From NCBI GenBank assembly GCA_964188305.1, contig OZ076900.1: a stretch of DNA of 64,000 bases; one strand, given 5' to 3'. Under the pieces are notes generated by a model that saw only the letters and a program-made list of their open reading frames with translations, was not told the origin of the DNA and searched no databases. Shown here one piece after another: positions 12,745 through 25,973 of the stretch (the stretch's first letter is position 1; each line of letters begins with the position of its first letter). The position numbers and the translations under genes are program-made. Origin of the DNA: Podarcis bocagei (lineage: Eukaryota).

Positions 12745-12960
12745 AGGTAGTGTGGGGGGTAGTGTTGAGTGTCAGAGTATTACCCAGGAGACCAGGGTTC
12801 AAATCCCCCACTCAGCTATGAAGCTCACTAGAGTACTCTGGGCCAGTCACTGCCTCACAGTCTAACCTACCTCACAGGGTTGTTGTGGGATTAAATGAGA
12901 TGGGGGAGAACCATGTATGCCATTTGGAGAAAAAGGTGTGAGATAAATGCAGTAAATAAA
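12745..12960 (+). mobile_element. Old tRNA-derived (CORE/MIR-like) SINE
   Basis: B-box GGTTCAAATCC and CTAACCTACCTCACAGGGTTGTTGTG; related copies at about 14790-14960, 48985-49180 (-) and 63245-63470. Confidence 0.7.
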
Positions 12961-13572
12961 TTTCAGTGGATATGCTCAAAGTAGAACTAACACTGGATAC
13001 AACTGCCCTTCTCTAGTGTAAGAATGTCATATATGCACATACATCATATTCCACTGTCACCGTTGATGCAATCAATAAGGCTGCTGCTCCTTGAGATCCC
13101 TTCCAACCCTACAATTCTATGATTCTATCCTGCATTACATTCACTGACAAATCAAACTGGAATCCAGCTAGACTTTAGTAACAATTTACAGAAAGGTGGC
13201 TGTGCTGGTTGTTGTTTTTGTTTTGCTATAGCAGAATCCTTAAGATGCCACAGGATTAACACATTTATACTGTAATGGCACCTGCTTTTATGGACCACAG
13301 TCAGGGGAATTCTGTAGCTCAGTGGTAAGCGTCCCAAGATCAATCCCAGTCTGAAACTCTGGAGACCCACAGCCAACCTTGAGTAGGCAATACTGAGCCA
13401 GCAGGACCAATAGAGTTGGCATAAAGCAGTTACAACTTATTTGGGAGGTGGGACAGGTAACTCAGTGGTGGAGCATCTGCTTTGCATGCAGAAGGTCCCA
13501 GGTTCAATTCTTGGCATCTCCAAGTCAGACTGGAAAAGATAACCTGGAGGGCTGCTGTTAGTCCCTGTAGAC

Positions 13573-13915
13573 CAGGGGTCGGCAACCTAAAGCCCATGGG
13601 CCACAAGCGGCCCACAGGGGTCACTTAACCAGCCCACAAGCTGCCCCTGAACCAAGCTGCCCACTAGACAAGTCCCCATGCTCTGCGCTAAACCGGTGTA
13701 GCGTGGTGCGGGGACTCACTTCCATGGTGCCAGAAATTGTGTCTGCGCATGCTCAGGCGCCTAAAATTGCATCTGCGCACAGACGCCAGAAATCGTATCT
13801 GTGCAGACCCCAGAAATCATGGCCATGCACACTCACACGAGTGCGCAATCCGGCCCACGGAGGGATCTCCACTGGAGTGAACCAGCCCAGGCAAGGTAAA
13901 CCTTGCCAACCCTTG
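13573..13915. mobile_element. hAT (Charlie-like) MITE inserted in a tRNA-derived SINE (about 13451-13985)
   Basis: TIRs CAGGGGTCGGCAA / TTGCCAACCCTTG; TSD CTGTAGAC / CTGCAGAC; the SINE resumes after the TSD. Confidence 0.85.
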
Positions 13916-14219
13916 CTGCAGACAATACTAAGCTAGATAGACCAATGGCCTGACTCAATATAAGGCAGTGTCTAATGTTCCTATGTCCACTTTTATCACT
14001 TGCATGATGTGTAACCCTTAATTGGCCAGCATGTATAAATGCCAAAATTTTGTGTTTACACCACTGCTGTCTAGTCAAATTAATAACTGTAATGCCTTCT
14101 TAGTTGATTTTCTAATTATTTTACTTTCAGGTAATCATCACCATCTCTCATTTTGCTGTACACTTTCCACTGAACTCTCTCCATGTGCACATACATTCGC
14201 CGATTCAAGGTTTACACAT

Positions 14220-14545
14220 CATGCATCTGACAAACGTCTATATCCACACTTACTTTCCCCCACTTTTTCCAGGCACAGTCTGCACTTTAATGCTCTGTGT
14301 CAGGGTTTATTTTTTCCACAAGCTGCCTTCACAAACACACACCACACTTTTTAAAGCTAAATCAGAGCAAACATCAATTCGGGTTTACCGTGGATTGACG
14401 TTTGCTCCGATTGAGCTTTGAAGAGCGGGATTTTGTGGGGGAAGTTCCAGAGCAAAAACAAAGGAGGGCACTGAGCTTTAAATTGTGGGCCATGCCTGGA
14501 AAAAGCAAAGGAAAAATAAGTGTGGGTAAGTGAGCTATGCTGCAT
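14220..14545. mobile_element. Palindromic MITE-like element
   Basis: Central hairpin at 14353-14419 (about 28-bp arms) plus degenerate outer inverted arms. Confidence 0.6.
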
Positions 14546-15499
14546 GAAAGCTTATGCCATTTTTTCATGTGTGTGGTTTTTTTTAATGCTTCAAGGTGCC
14601 ACAAGAGTCTTTGTTGTTTTAGAAATCCATCATTGGACTGCAGTCTTTATTGCTGATATGCCTTAAAGCAGTGGCCAATCTGATGGAGCAGGTTTTGGAT
14701 TCACCTCAACCTAAAGTGTTGGTGCTAATCCTAAATACTTTACATGGATGTATGGAGAGCATCTCTGTAGATGTAGTCCCTTGCAACACCTGGGCTAGTG
14801 TTTGAACCTGGGTTTAAATCCCCACTTGACCATGGTGCTTCCTGAGTGTCCTTGGGTCACTATCTCTCAGCCTCACCTACCTCACAGGTAGCTGGGGGCA
14901 AAAATGGAGTGGGGAGAACCTTGAACTCTTCAAAGGAAAGATATAAATACAGTAAATAAAGCCCCTTTTACAGCCATCTAAGCTAATAAGAACAAGATGG
15001 AAGGATAAGCTGCAACTGTTTGCAAAGTTCAATGTTTCAGAATTTACTACAATCTGAAACTCCCAAGATTGCAGGATAAGTTGCCTTATGTGTACACAAT
15101 TGCAAAAGGCATGTTTGCCCCTTCCATGAGATATGGAAGCTCAAATCTCACCTTAGCACAAATTCCTCCAGCATTATTCCCATTGTCTGCAATTGTCTAC
15201 AATTCAGCCCTGAATCATTAACATGATGAGCAGCAACAGACTGCTCATTGCCAGTCACTCAAGCTTTAACTGCATCACAGGCTTTGTAGTCTTAAACCAG
15301 AAGTGGGGAAGTTTTGGCCCTCCAGATGCTAATGGACTACTGTTCCCATCAGCCCCAGCCAGCGTGGACAATATCCAGCAACATCTCAGGGGCACAGTTT
15401 TCCCCAGCCCTGTTTTAAAGGACATTTTCTTTCCAATTCCCAATGGGCCTTAGTCCAAAAAGGGGCTATTGTGGAATTGGCTGATATTATAGGACAGGT

Positions 15500-15819
15500 A
15501 GGACGTGGGTGGCACTGTGGGTTAAACCACAGAGCCTAGGGCTTGCCGATCAGAAGGTCGGCGGTTCGAATCCCTGCGACAGGGTGAGCTCCCGTTGCGT
15601 GGTCCCTGCTCCTGCCAACCTAGCAGTTCGAAAGCACATCAAAGTGCAAGTAGATAGATAGGTACTGCTCCAGCGGGAAGGTAAACGGCGTTTCCGTGCG
15701 CTGCTCTGGTTTGCCAGAAGCAGCTTAGTCATGCTGGCCAATAAAGCGAGATGAGCGCCGCAACCCCAGAGTCGGCCACAGTTGGCCTAATGGTCAGGGG
15801 TCCCTTTACCTTTACCTTT
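15500..15819 (+). mobile_element. Sauria SINE (internal deletion)
   Basis: Same family sequence with (ACCTTT)n tail. Confidence 0.9.
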
Positions 15820-16139
15820 AGGATGAAGCATTGGCTTTCCAGATGCTGCTGGACTACAGCTCTTATCATCCATCACTGTTGTCCATGACAGCTGGAGCTG
15901 ATGGGAGTTGTAGCTCAGCAACATCTGGAGGGCCAAAGATTCATCACATCTATTACAGGAGGTGCTTTTCTGCTTAAGGGTTAGCATATGATGCTCGATG
16001 CCATGACGCTGGAAGGCACTGAAAACATTCTAGATGGACTTACAGCAGCTTGATTCAGCAAAAGTAATACACGTTTTGGGTAAGACTGCATCTGGGCAAG
16101 AGCCAGCAATTAGAGAGGAGACTGAGAGGAGATATGATA

Positions 16140-16536
16140 GCCATGGAGGATGGAGCAAGCTTGTTTTCTTCTGCTCCTGAGGTAGGACCAGAACCAATGG
16201 CTTCAAGTTACAACAAAGGAGACTCTGGATAAGCATTAGGAAAAACTTTCTGAGGACTTCTGGTCCATTGCAGAGGAGAATGGCGGTGTGCTAAGTGTCG
16301 TCCGCAACACAGAGCCAGCAGAAAGGCTTTGAGGGCAGCGCTAGAGCTCAGCGCACCCCCCCCCCAAAAAAAAAACCCCACTCAGAAGGTGATGGACTCT
16401 CCTTCTTTGAAGGTTTCTAAGCAGGGGTTGGATGGCCATCTGTCATGGTTGCTTTAGCTGAGATTCCTGCATTGCACGGGGTCAGACTAGATGACCCTCA
16501 CGGTCCCTTCCAACTCTACAATTTTATGATTCTATG
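16140..16536 (+). mobile_element. CR1 LINE 3' end (interrupted at about 16253-16380)
   Basis: GGACCAGAACCAATGGCTTCAAGTTACAA...GGTCCCTTCCAACTCTACAATTTTATGATTCTATGA CR1 tail. Confidence 0.82.
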
Positions 16537-16697
16537 AATTGGCTGGTGTTGATGGTGGCCCCAGAGTTTATTCCATGGTTTTGAACCTGGTCTGAGGCCT
16601 TGGCACCTACATAGCATCAGCTCTCAACAATACTGGGTGAAAGAGAGCAAAACTGAACAGCCTTTATCAGCCACATTTTCACCAGGGGAGAGGAGAT

Positions 16698-16754
16698 GAG
16701 GAGGAGGAGGAGGAGGAGGAGGAGGAGGAGGAGGAGGAGGAGGAGGAGGAGGAG
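16698..16754. repeat. (GAG)n microsatellite
   Basis: Read directly. Confidence 0.95.
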
Positions 16755-17130
16755 GCTGTCTGGCTCCAGTAAACTGCTGTAAAGATGCATTCTTGTTTTA
16801 GTAGCTGAGGCACCTCCTAATATAGCTTGCCAAAGTGCAAAAAGTCAATTAATTTGCCTAAAATTGCATTTCCTGGGTTGGTTGAGAAGCAAAGGGCATC
16901 TGAAATTTCTGCTGAAGGATGCACTGAGGAGCCTGAGGAAGCTGCTTTTCAGTGCTCTTGAGATCAAAGTTTCACCCACCATGTGCTACTCATAAGTACC
17001 ATTGCTTTATTCTATCCCCCTTGAGCAAGAGTGGGTAGAATCCTATTTCTTTCCGGGAGCCAGCCTGTGCTTAAATAATCAGAGCCAACTGAACTTTATC
17101 CACACAACCAAGAAGTGTTCAAAACCTAAG

Positions 17131-18172
17131 ATCATAGAATTGTAGAGTTGGGAGGTACCCCCAATGGTCATCTAGTCCAACCCCCTGCAATGCAAGAATC
17201 TTATCTAAAGCATCCACGGCAGGTGGCCATCCAACCTCTGCTTTAAAAACCCCCAAGGGAGGTGAGTCCACAACCTCCTGAGAGAGACTATTCCACTGTC
17301 GAACAGCTCTTACTGCCAGAAAGGTCTTTCTGATGTTTAGTCAGAATCTTCTTTCTTGCAGCTTGAAGCCTTTGGTCTGAGCATAGGCGCCGACTCCATG
17401 GGGCCTGAGGGGGCCCGAGCCCCCTCAAAAATTCGTTTGGGGGGGCTCCGCCCCCCAATAATTTAAGAAAATTATTAGGCACCTTGCCGAAAACTGCGCA
17501 GGGGACTCCGGCGCGCGCCTCCCAAAGTGACCGGGAGCTCCTGAGAAGGGGCGGGCAGGTCGGTCAGTCAGAGGAAGACCCCCAGCGGTGGGACTTTAGA
17601 AAGGAATGGAGCCGCGGGGCCGAGGAACGGCGTATTCGTCGCCGGCGAGGGACCAGGGTGAAGGGAGAATGGAGGGGACGGGAGTTCCCGTCGCCGGAGC
17701 GGGGCTTTTTTTCTGGGTTCGGCTAAGGTGACGTTGGTAGGAGGGGGTGGCCGCCTCCCGGCGCAAAGCCTGGGGAGGGCAGGCCGGTTCTTGCATGCAA
17801 AAGCACCACTGCCATCCTGCCGCCAGTATGGACCCCGGTATGGGCCCCCCAATATTTTTTATAAGTCGGCGCCCCTGGGTCTGAGTCCTATGCTCTGTTG
17901 AAAACAAGCTTGCTCTGTCTTCCATGTGACAGCCCTTGAGATATTTGAAGATGGCTATCATTTCTCTTCCCAGTCTCTTCTTTTCCAGGCTATGCATACC
18001 CAACTCCTTCAAGCGCTCCCCATAAGGCTGAGTTTCCAGACCCTTGATCATCTTGGTTGCCTCCTCTGCACACATCCTACCTTTTCAGTATCCTCCATAA
18101 ATTGTGGCACCCATAACTGGACAGAGTACTCCAGGTGTGGTCTGGCCAAGGCAGAGTAGAGTGGTACTATTA
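17131..18172 (-). mobile_element. CR1 LINE 3' end, split by a hAT MITE
   Basis: [30 protein letters not shown] peptide; CR1 tail at about 17131. Confidence 0.88.
17382..17877. mobile_element. hAT-type non-autonomous element
   Basis: TIRs CATAGGCGCCGACT / AGTCGGCGCCCCTG; perfect 8-bp TSD GGTCTGAG. Confidence 0.88.
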
Positions 18173-19227
18173 CACACACACATCCCTTGTTAAATAATTT
18201 TTACAAAAATCCAATATGTGCCATATTATATTAACACTAAATACCAATACCAATTCAAATACAAATCGATTACATAGCCACTTATAATTTTTGTGTGGCT
18301 TCCCACATGCTGTACTTCAGGGTTTTATTCCCTTAAGTTCTGCCTCCAGACTGTTGTACTATTACTTCCCTTGATCGGGACACTATCTGTTGATGCAGCC
18401 TAGAATAGCATTGGCTAATTCTGACCTTCTCACTAAGGTGCTCCAAAAATTGGAAATTTGTATAGATTTACTAATAACTGATTAGGGTTACCTGTTCCAA
18501 AAGATGCTGAAAGCTGCATATAATCAAAAACATTTTAAAAATAAAAATAAAGAAATCAATCACTGTAAAGTGATTCTTACAAGTAGACAATATGTTATCA
18601 GTATCAAAACCCTCTCACTCATTCACACACCTGGCACTAGGTAAAACAGGTGTGGGGGACATTTGGCCCTCTAGGTGTTACTGAACTACAGTTCCCACTA
18701 GCTCTAGCAAGCATGGCCAGTGGCCAGTGATGTTGGGAACTGCAGTTCAACAACATATGGAGGGTCAAAGGTCCCCCAGTTGAAACAACAAAAACATTAG
18801 AGCAACTCTGTTGGATGACACCAAAGGTCTGCCAAGTCCATTGTTCTGCTTGTAAAGAGGAGCAGCCAAATGTCTCATGGGCATGTTCTAGGGAATGCAG
18901 GGAAGGCTGCTCCATTTGAGCAAGTGGGGCACTGCCCCACCCATCTCAGTCTTCCCTCAGCCATCCCCCATCCCCATGTATTTACAACCAGCCTAAGGTG
19001 TGGTCCTGGCTGTCAGCTTCCTCCTCCTTATTGTCTCAGTGTTGCCCTTGCAGAACTATGCAAGGAGAAGGAGGTGGGGGTGGGGGAGAGAATAAAGTAG
19101 AATGAGTTGGCTCTGCCTGCCACTGACTCTGCTAAGTGCACTCTGCCCCACAAGTCCCAATGGATACTAGCCACCACTAAGGATGTTGTCTGAAGACACA
19201 TGTCCCAGCAACCTTGCTGAAGCTAAG

Positions 19228-19426
19228 TACGTGGTACTTAATTCGTTCTGGAGGTCTGTTCTTAACCTGAAACTGTTCTTAACCTAAACCACTTTAGCTA
19301 ATAGGGCCTCCTGCTGCCGCTGCACAATTTCTGTTCTCATCCTGAAGCAAAGTTCTTAACCCGAGGTGATATTTCTGGGTTAGCGGAGTCTGTAACCTGA
19401 AGCGTATGTAACCTGAGGTACCACTG
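19228..19426 (-). mobile_element. Tigger/pogo-like MITE (TTAACC family)
   Basis: Ends AACCTGAGGTACCACTG-TA; same family as the copies at 60825 and 62089. Confidence 0.8.
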
Positions 19427-19763
19427 TATAGGAAACTGCTTTATACAAAGTGAGATCAGAGGTCCACTTTGCTAAGTACTGTGCACTGCAGGGGTGAGGA
19501 ACCTCAGGCCTGGGTGCTAAATGCAGGGCTCCAAGTCTCCCTGCCTGGCCCTCAAAGATTCTCCCCACCCCACAGTGCAGCCAGAAGACCTTTTCCTTAT
19601 TCTTGTTAGTGCTCACATGCTTGGAGAAGGCAGGTGAACAGGCAGCAACAACAAAGAGGACAACCAGAAGGGGGCTGGTCAGCAGTGCTGGCCCTGCTGG
19701 GCTGTGAGCCACGACAGGTGCCTGGTGATGCTGATTTATTGATGAGACCCCTGGATACATGCC

Positions 19764-19911
19764 CATGGGCATAGCCAGAGGGGGCAGGGGGCAGCTGCCA
19801 CGCCCCCCGATCAAGTAAATAAATAAAAATACTTAACTAACTGATCAATCATGTCACAGATAGCTTGGTCACAGATAGTCCTGTCCCCCCTACAAAAATC
19901 CTGGCAACATG
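19764..19911. mobile_element. Short hAT-type MITE
   Basis: 8-bp TSD TACATGCC; ends CATGGGCATAGCCAG / CTGGCAACATG. Confidence 0.7.
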
Positions 19912-20699
19912 TACATGCCCACCATACCAGAGGTGGGGAGCATTTTTCATACTGAGGGCCACATTCCTTTCTGGGTAAGGCTCCAGGGGCCACATGCCAG
20001 TGGTGGGTGGCGCCAGAGTCAAAGTGGGTGGGGCAATGAATTTTACTTTTGCACAGTGGCCTGGTTTCTTCACACTTGCACAACGCACTCTACCTTCCAT
20101 CCAGGCAAGCAAGAAGCATTACCCAAGCTCCATGACACATTCCAGCCAGGCAAAAACACTCAAGGAGGGTGCAAAGCAGAACTGGTAAGGGGTATGGCCT
20201 GGGGAGAATCCCCAGGACCAGATAGAGAAGCTTGGAGGCTGAGGCTGAGCTTGAGCGTCCCATAGTTTCCCAAAATATAAAATCCTCAAACCACTTGGGG
20301 GATCTTTGTTTTTTTTTGGGGGGGACACCTAGATTCCAGCTGCTTCCCAGTTATGGATGGGCTCAAGTTACTTCAAATGGAACCACCATTGCTGATATCT
20401 GGTCCTTCTGCACCCCAGTCTGTATGACCAGCATTACAAAAAAAAAGTCAGCAGTCCCCCACTGCATGCTGCAACATTCCTGAAACAACTAACAGCAGAG
20501 GCAAAGCATGTTGGCAGATGAAAACTAGAAGCATATTGTGGCACTGAACAGTTGGAAAGCTGTACTATCAAAGCACCAAGGAGTGAGAGGTGGCCTCCCC
20601 CGGAGGAAGGGAACACCCCCTGCAATCCATAGTGCAATTAGGCAATCTGAAACTCTGGACTTAGCAGTCTTATGGTGGAGAGCATGGTTTCTTTATATA

Positions 20700-21021
20700 C
20701 AGGTTTCAACTTAAAAGGTGAAACTAATATATGAGATCGACTCATGACATGCAAAGCAAGATATGCTTCCACTTCTCAGAGGTCCAATCTTGCTCTATTT
20801 GCAATCCTTGTTTTGCTGATTTCATTGAATATTCTAATTTTCTGTGATGGTGAATTTGGGGTTTTCATAAGCTGTACGCCATGATCATCACAATGATAAC
20901 AAAGAAAGGCTTGACATATCTTGCTTTGCATGTCATGAGTCGATCTCATGTATTAGTTTCACCTTTCAAGCTGAAATCAATGAACTTTTCCACGATACTC
21001 TAATTTTTTGAGTTTCACCTG
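20700..21021. mobile_element. Tc1-like non-autonomous element with long inverted repeats
   Basis: AAAGGTGAAACTAATATATGAGATCGACTCATGACATGCAAAGCAAGATATG recurs inverted at about 20915-20966; TA flanks; left end partly deleted. Confidence 0.8.
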
Positions 21022-22176
21022 TATATTGTGCATATTACTTCACTTCCTTTAACACATGGCATGCCCTCCTACTCATTATACAGAGTAAGGCTCTGGACAT
21101 CTGCCCCCAAGTCCTGCTGTTGACTTTAGCACTACTAACTGACCTTCCTTTCCGCATAAATCACTAATCTGAGGCAAACTCAAACAGCAGATCACACAGA
21201 CATAGAACCGGCAGGTGCTCTGAGGGCAGATCTTCTGTTGGTAACCTGAGCCCGGTGGGGAACTCATGCAGAGACAAAGCAGGCAGTCCCCTTTGAGGGT
21301 GGGCATTTTCACTGCATCACTTACGGAAAGCTCCAATTGCCACTGATGCCACAAGAAGGGCCAGAATGACCACTCCTTGGCAGAGGCTGACCAGGAGGAG
21401 GCACAAGGCCAGGCCAGTGATTCATTCAGAGGCCTTGGAGGTGAGACTCCTAGGTTTGGGGAAATACCATGTGATAAGGTGTCCTCCATGCTGACATCAC
21501 TTGCGACAGAGGGAAAAACTGCACTGGGCTCCTTTTAAAATTGCTACATTCACCTTTTCCCCCAAAAGGATGAAAGAGTCACACTTCCAGCTATATCCAC
21601 ACCAGTACCTGGAGCCAGCCAGTGTGTCTCCTCTTCTGGCAGACACTGACCTCATCAGTTCCTGAGCGAGATCATCCCTCCTGGAACGATGACTCAACAT
21701 CATATTGGGTGCAAGCATGCTGGGTGCCGAGCCTTGGGAATCAGCTGCTCAGCAAATACACTTTTTCGAATCAAGCACAGCAGAGGAGGACCCCACAGCC
21801 AGGAAGCCTCTCCCACGCCGACAGGTGGGGTGGCTACAGCCCGTTCCAAAAATCCACTTCCTTAAACGAAGGTTCATCTGCCCCCACTTTGTTCTGCACC
21901 CAGAAACTGATGGGAAATCATCACACTCTCTTATTTCATCTCGGCAGGTCCAGAGGCTGCTGCCACTTTGCCAGTTTCCCCCACCCACGGCTCTCGGCGA
22001 TCTCAGCTTCTGTGCTGAAGGATGACAACGGGCCTCCAGGCACACGCACAATGAGGAAACAGCAGGGAAAGAGGCAAAGCAGCTCACATGCACAGAGGAG
22101 GAATGCATGCCATATCCGTCTCCACAAGCCACTCCAATCCCTCATGCAGTCGTGTGAGCTGGCTGAGTGACAACGC

Positions 22177-22180
<4 letters not shown>

Positions 22181-22227
<47 letters not shown>
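22181..22227. repeat. (AG)n microsatellite
   Basis: Read directly. Confidence 0.95.
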
Positions 22228-22230
<3 letters not shown>

Positions 22231-23303
22231 GGGGGGAGAGATTTTCCTTTCTGGAAGTGCTGGTGGCTCATCCTCCTTCCTTCCCCACACGATCCTTGTT
22301 ATAATCACCTCTGCATGTTCAGGACTTAGCCATCACTGCATTTCACATGTACTGTGATAGCTCTAATCACAGCAGATCATCTTAGGACAACCTCCTGCTT
22401 GGAAATGCAGGAATTCCAGAATAAAGAGCTTTCAGGGGTGCAAAGCCCTTCCCACGTCAGGGCAGGTGGTACTTTTGCACCCAAAGGGCTGCATTCCCTA
22501 AAGAGTAGCCTTGTGGGGCCACAGGCCAGAAGTGGGTGTGGCCAGGGGCAAAAGTGGGTGGAGCAATGGGTGTGAATCTTACCTCTGTATGCTAGTAGGC
22601 TAGTTTCTACTCACACTCACACAAGTTCCTCTCTCTGTTTTCCATCCAGGCAAGCAGGAGGTACCACCAGAGCTCAAGGGCACATTCCAGACAGGCAAAA
22701 ACACCTGAGGAGGATGCAAAGCAGGGCTTGCGAGGGGTGTGTGTCCAGAGGGTCAGAGTGAAAGGCCTAGAAGGCTGCGCTTGGCCCCTGGACCTAACGT
22801 TCCCGACCCCTGCCTTGCAACTACTCTGCAAGGTAAGTCAATATGATCACCCCCTCCCTTTGTCCCAACTTGCCTTTAGACTGCAGAACTGACGTCCTCC
22901 ACCAGCCAGCAGAACTGAGGGCTACTGAGAGGCTGTTCCACCAGTCTCCAATGAAGGCTCTTATGGAGCAAGAGGGAAATCAGCTTGGGCTCCTCCACTG
23001 GCCAGAGAAGGAGCAGGTGCAAGGAGTTTGCTTTCATTCCCTCTCTGTGAGAAAGAACTCTAAAATACAGGTTGTTCTGAATTCCTCCCCATCCTGATTG
23101 CCTCCCAGCTTGATCTCATGTTTAGATAAATCACTCTGCTTAGTTGCTAAATAATACATCCAGACCACCCCTCTTAACTGACTTACCCTTAAGGCACCTC
23201 ATCAAATGATCTCCGTTGTTACACTTCCAATAGGAGTACTATAAGCAGTATTCAGGAAAAGGTACCAGGAGCTGAACATTAAGCCTCTGTGCAATATTAT
23301 GCC

Positions 23304-23432
23304 GAATCATAGAATTGTAGAGTTGGAAGGACCACGAGGGCCACCTAGTCCAATAAAGGAAACTTTTGCCCAGCCTGGGGGTTGAACCCATGACAATGAG
23401 ATTAAAAGACTCGTTCTCTACTGACTGAGCTA
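23304..23432 (-). mobile_element. tRNA-Lys-derived SINE with a CR1-type tail
   Basis: Minus strand TAGCTCAGTCAGTAGAG...TTAATCTCA...GGGTTCAACCCCCA followed by CCTTCCAACTCTACAATTCTATGATTC; a truncated copy lies at about 3586-3693. Confidence 0.7.
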
Positions 23433-24040
23433 TGCATTTTCTCTGCTTAATATTTCTCAGCCAGCTTTTGCTCTCAGCAGCATTCCTGTAATGATGGGCT
23501 GCTTGATGGAAATCTTACTTAACTGCTCCCATGAGTGATACGGCTTTTCATCCCAAGCCACAATTCCCGCCATCCTTTAAATATTTCAGTCTCCTTTGGA
23601 GGAGCACTTGCCTGCAGGGAGCCCACAAATGCCCGTTCCTGGTAATCTTTCTAACAAGACAGGGATGAAGAACCTTCTGCAGTCAGGAGGCCACATTCCC
23701 TTGCATGAAATCTTCCAGGGGCCACATGCCAAGGGCAGGGTGGGGCCCGGGGCAAAAGCAACCAGAGCAATAGATGCAGCTCCAGTACAATAGGCTATAA
23801 TCCAGCCACACAATGTCAAGGACTGGCTGCGTGAAGAGGAATGGTTGGAGCCTCCGGCTGAAGAACCCCCCAGGGAAGCAGCTGGGGAGGAAAACACACA
23901 GCCAGGAATGTGGTGTTGTGAGTCTGAAGACAGGTCAGAGGAGGAGGGACGCTGGGAGGTGGGAGAAACAACAGGCTCGAGGGAAAGAGAAGGCCAGAGG
24001 CAGAAAACCCTTCATAGGCTTGCCAGAAGGAACAACCCCC

Positions 24041-24545
24041 TGTGATGTTAACATATGAGAGTGCTGGAGGTGAAATAGTTAAACAAGTTACCCAATCAGA
24101 ACCCAGGGGGGTGGAGTCAGGGGAACTATAAAACCAGCTCTGGGAGGGGTGAAGGGAAGAGTTCGTTGGGAGGTTGGTTGGAGTGGGAGTGAATTGGGAT
24201 AGAGTCTGTGGGTAGGTTGAGTTAGTATAATGAAATAAGCTGAGTCAGGAACAGTTAGGGGCTAGGAAGAGAAGTAAATATCTGAGAGGTGGTTTAGTGA
24301 GTGAGAGCAGGTAGTGGAAGTTATAGGTCTGGATAGGCACCCCATGACTGTAATTGACTGAGACCGTTTATGAAACCACATGCTTGTTAAACTGCAATAA
24401 ATAAACAGAAGTTTATGTTTCAATTTAACCCTGACTGGACTCAGTATTGTCCCAGGTAGGGGCTGGGTGGTGGCAGCGAGAAATAAAGTGGTGGCACAGG
24501 GATCAATAGAAGGTGAAACGTCCGGGGACCCTGTGTGATCGCCAC
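24041..24545 (+). mobile_element. Probable solo LTR
   Basis: About 500 bp starting TGTGATG and ending GATCGCCA(C), with CCAAT, TATAAAA and AATAAA in LTR order; CCCC on both flanks. Confidence 0.6.
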
Positions 24546-25973
24546 CCCTCCCCCCTTCCTTACACATTGCTGGGGGGAATTTCTCAACATGGGGAGAAAG
24601 GAAAGCCCCATTTTGCCTGATGGGCTTCGTTCATTAGATGAATCCCACCCAGAAAACATGGAAAGGATATTCAGTATGAGGATTCCAAAGCAGAAAAGCT
24701 GGCAACTTGGAAAAGGTCAGGTTTTGGCTCACACCTCTGTTTAGAAGTTGAGCCCCATCAAGCTTGCCAACCTCCTGAGTTATAGGAGACGGGAGCACAA
24801 CTTTCTGACTGTGCAGTTTGGATATAGGGAAGCTGAACTCTAATGAACTTTGGCTGCCAGATCCAGTACTCCAGATGGGTTTCATTCCCTCTCTCCCACC
24901 CAACCCAGCATTTCTGAATCCACAACTAGGTCATTTTGCACGTAGCTCAGAGTCAATCTTCAAGTCAGCCTATCTCTCTCGTGAGAAATGGCACACTCTT
25001 GGAATTCTGTAGAGCATGGAATATATCTTGGGAAAAGCAGGACTTGCTCAGAGGCAAAACTCAACCCCTGGCATAATTTTTTAAAAAATGGAGTCTGCTT
25101 TATTAATATCAGCAGGAGATGCCTGTTCTGAGCAGTTATCAGCCCTAATAGAATTTAAAAGAATTAGCTTCAGTCATCAGTTAGACAGGCTGCACAGATG
25201 GATGCTTAATAGCGCTCATGGTGAGCCCAGGCCTGGTACCAGAAACGGTTCTCATAAGAACCCTGGACAACCCACAAGTGGAAGACTTGGAGGAGCAAGG
25301 AGGTCCCCTGTAACCATTGTTGGTGACCCCTGAAGGGGCTCCCAGTCCTTGAGAAAGGTCCGGGTCAAAGAAAGGCAACATAGCACACATCTATGAAGTC
25401 ACCGCACGGCTCATGAGCAAGAGGTCTCCTCATGAGCAAGCACTTCATAAAACGGCTTCACTACCAATAGGGGTGGTTTGGGTGTTGTCCTGGGGACTAA
25501 AATATGTAAGGCATCCTTTGGGAGTCTTACAACAGGTGGAAATAACCAAAGTCCCTGGCTTCTTGGTCAGATGATCTTGCCTAGCATTGGTGCACATTGC
25601 TTGAGGACCTGATGGTGGTGCCTCACCTTGCCTCTAGATCATGTTTCCATGCTGGACCCTTGCTCCTTTGGACAGTGCTGCACATGCAACCTTATTCTGG
25701 TTGGTGAGGGTTTTGTGAAGAGGCTTATAATAAATCATAATACTGTTGTATTTGTTATTGTGCTATATATTTTTGTGTTTTACATTGCAAACTGCCCTGT
25801 GATCTCTGGATGAAGGGCAGAATAGAAATTTAATTAATTAATTAATTAATTAATTAAAAAAAACTCCTTGAAGTGCACCCTTCTCCCCAAGGGCACCCAC
25901 AGGAGTGCTATGCAGATGGTGGCATTACGTACACTTTGCCCAATGACAGCACATTACTTTGTTCCCTCTAGAG

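Noticed and set aside
14353-14419. Hairpin as a pre-miRNA
   Set aside because: Centre of a larger palindromic MITE-like element; no recognisable mature miRNA.
23360-23432. tRNA-Lys-like sequence as a tRNA gene
   Set aside because: Degenerate stems and anticodon arm, joined to a CR1-type tail, so it is a SINE head. The same applies to tRNA-like heads near 13460, 50825 and 55515.
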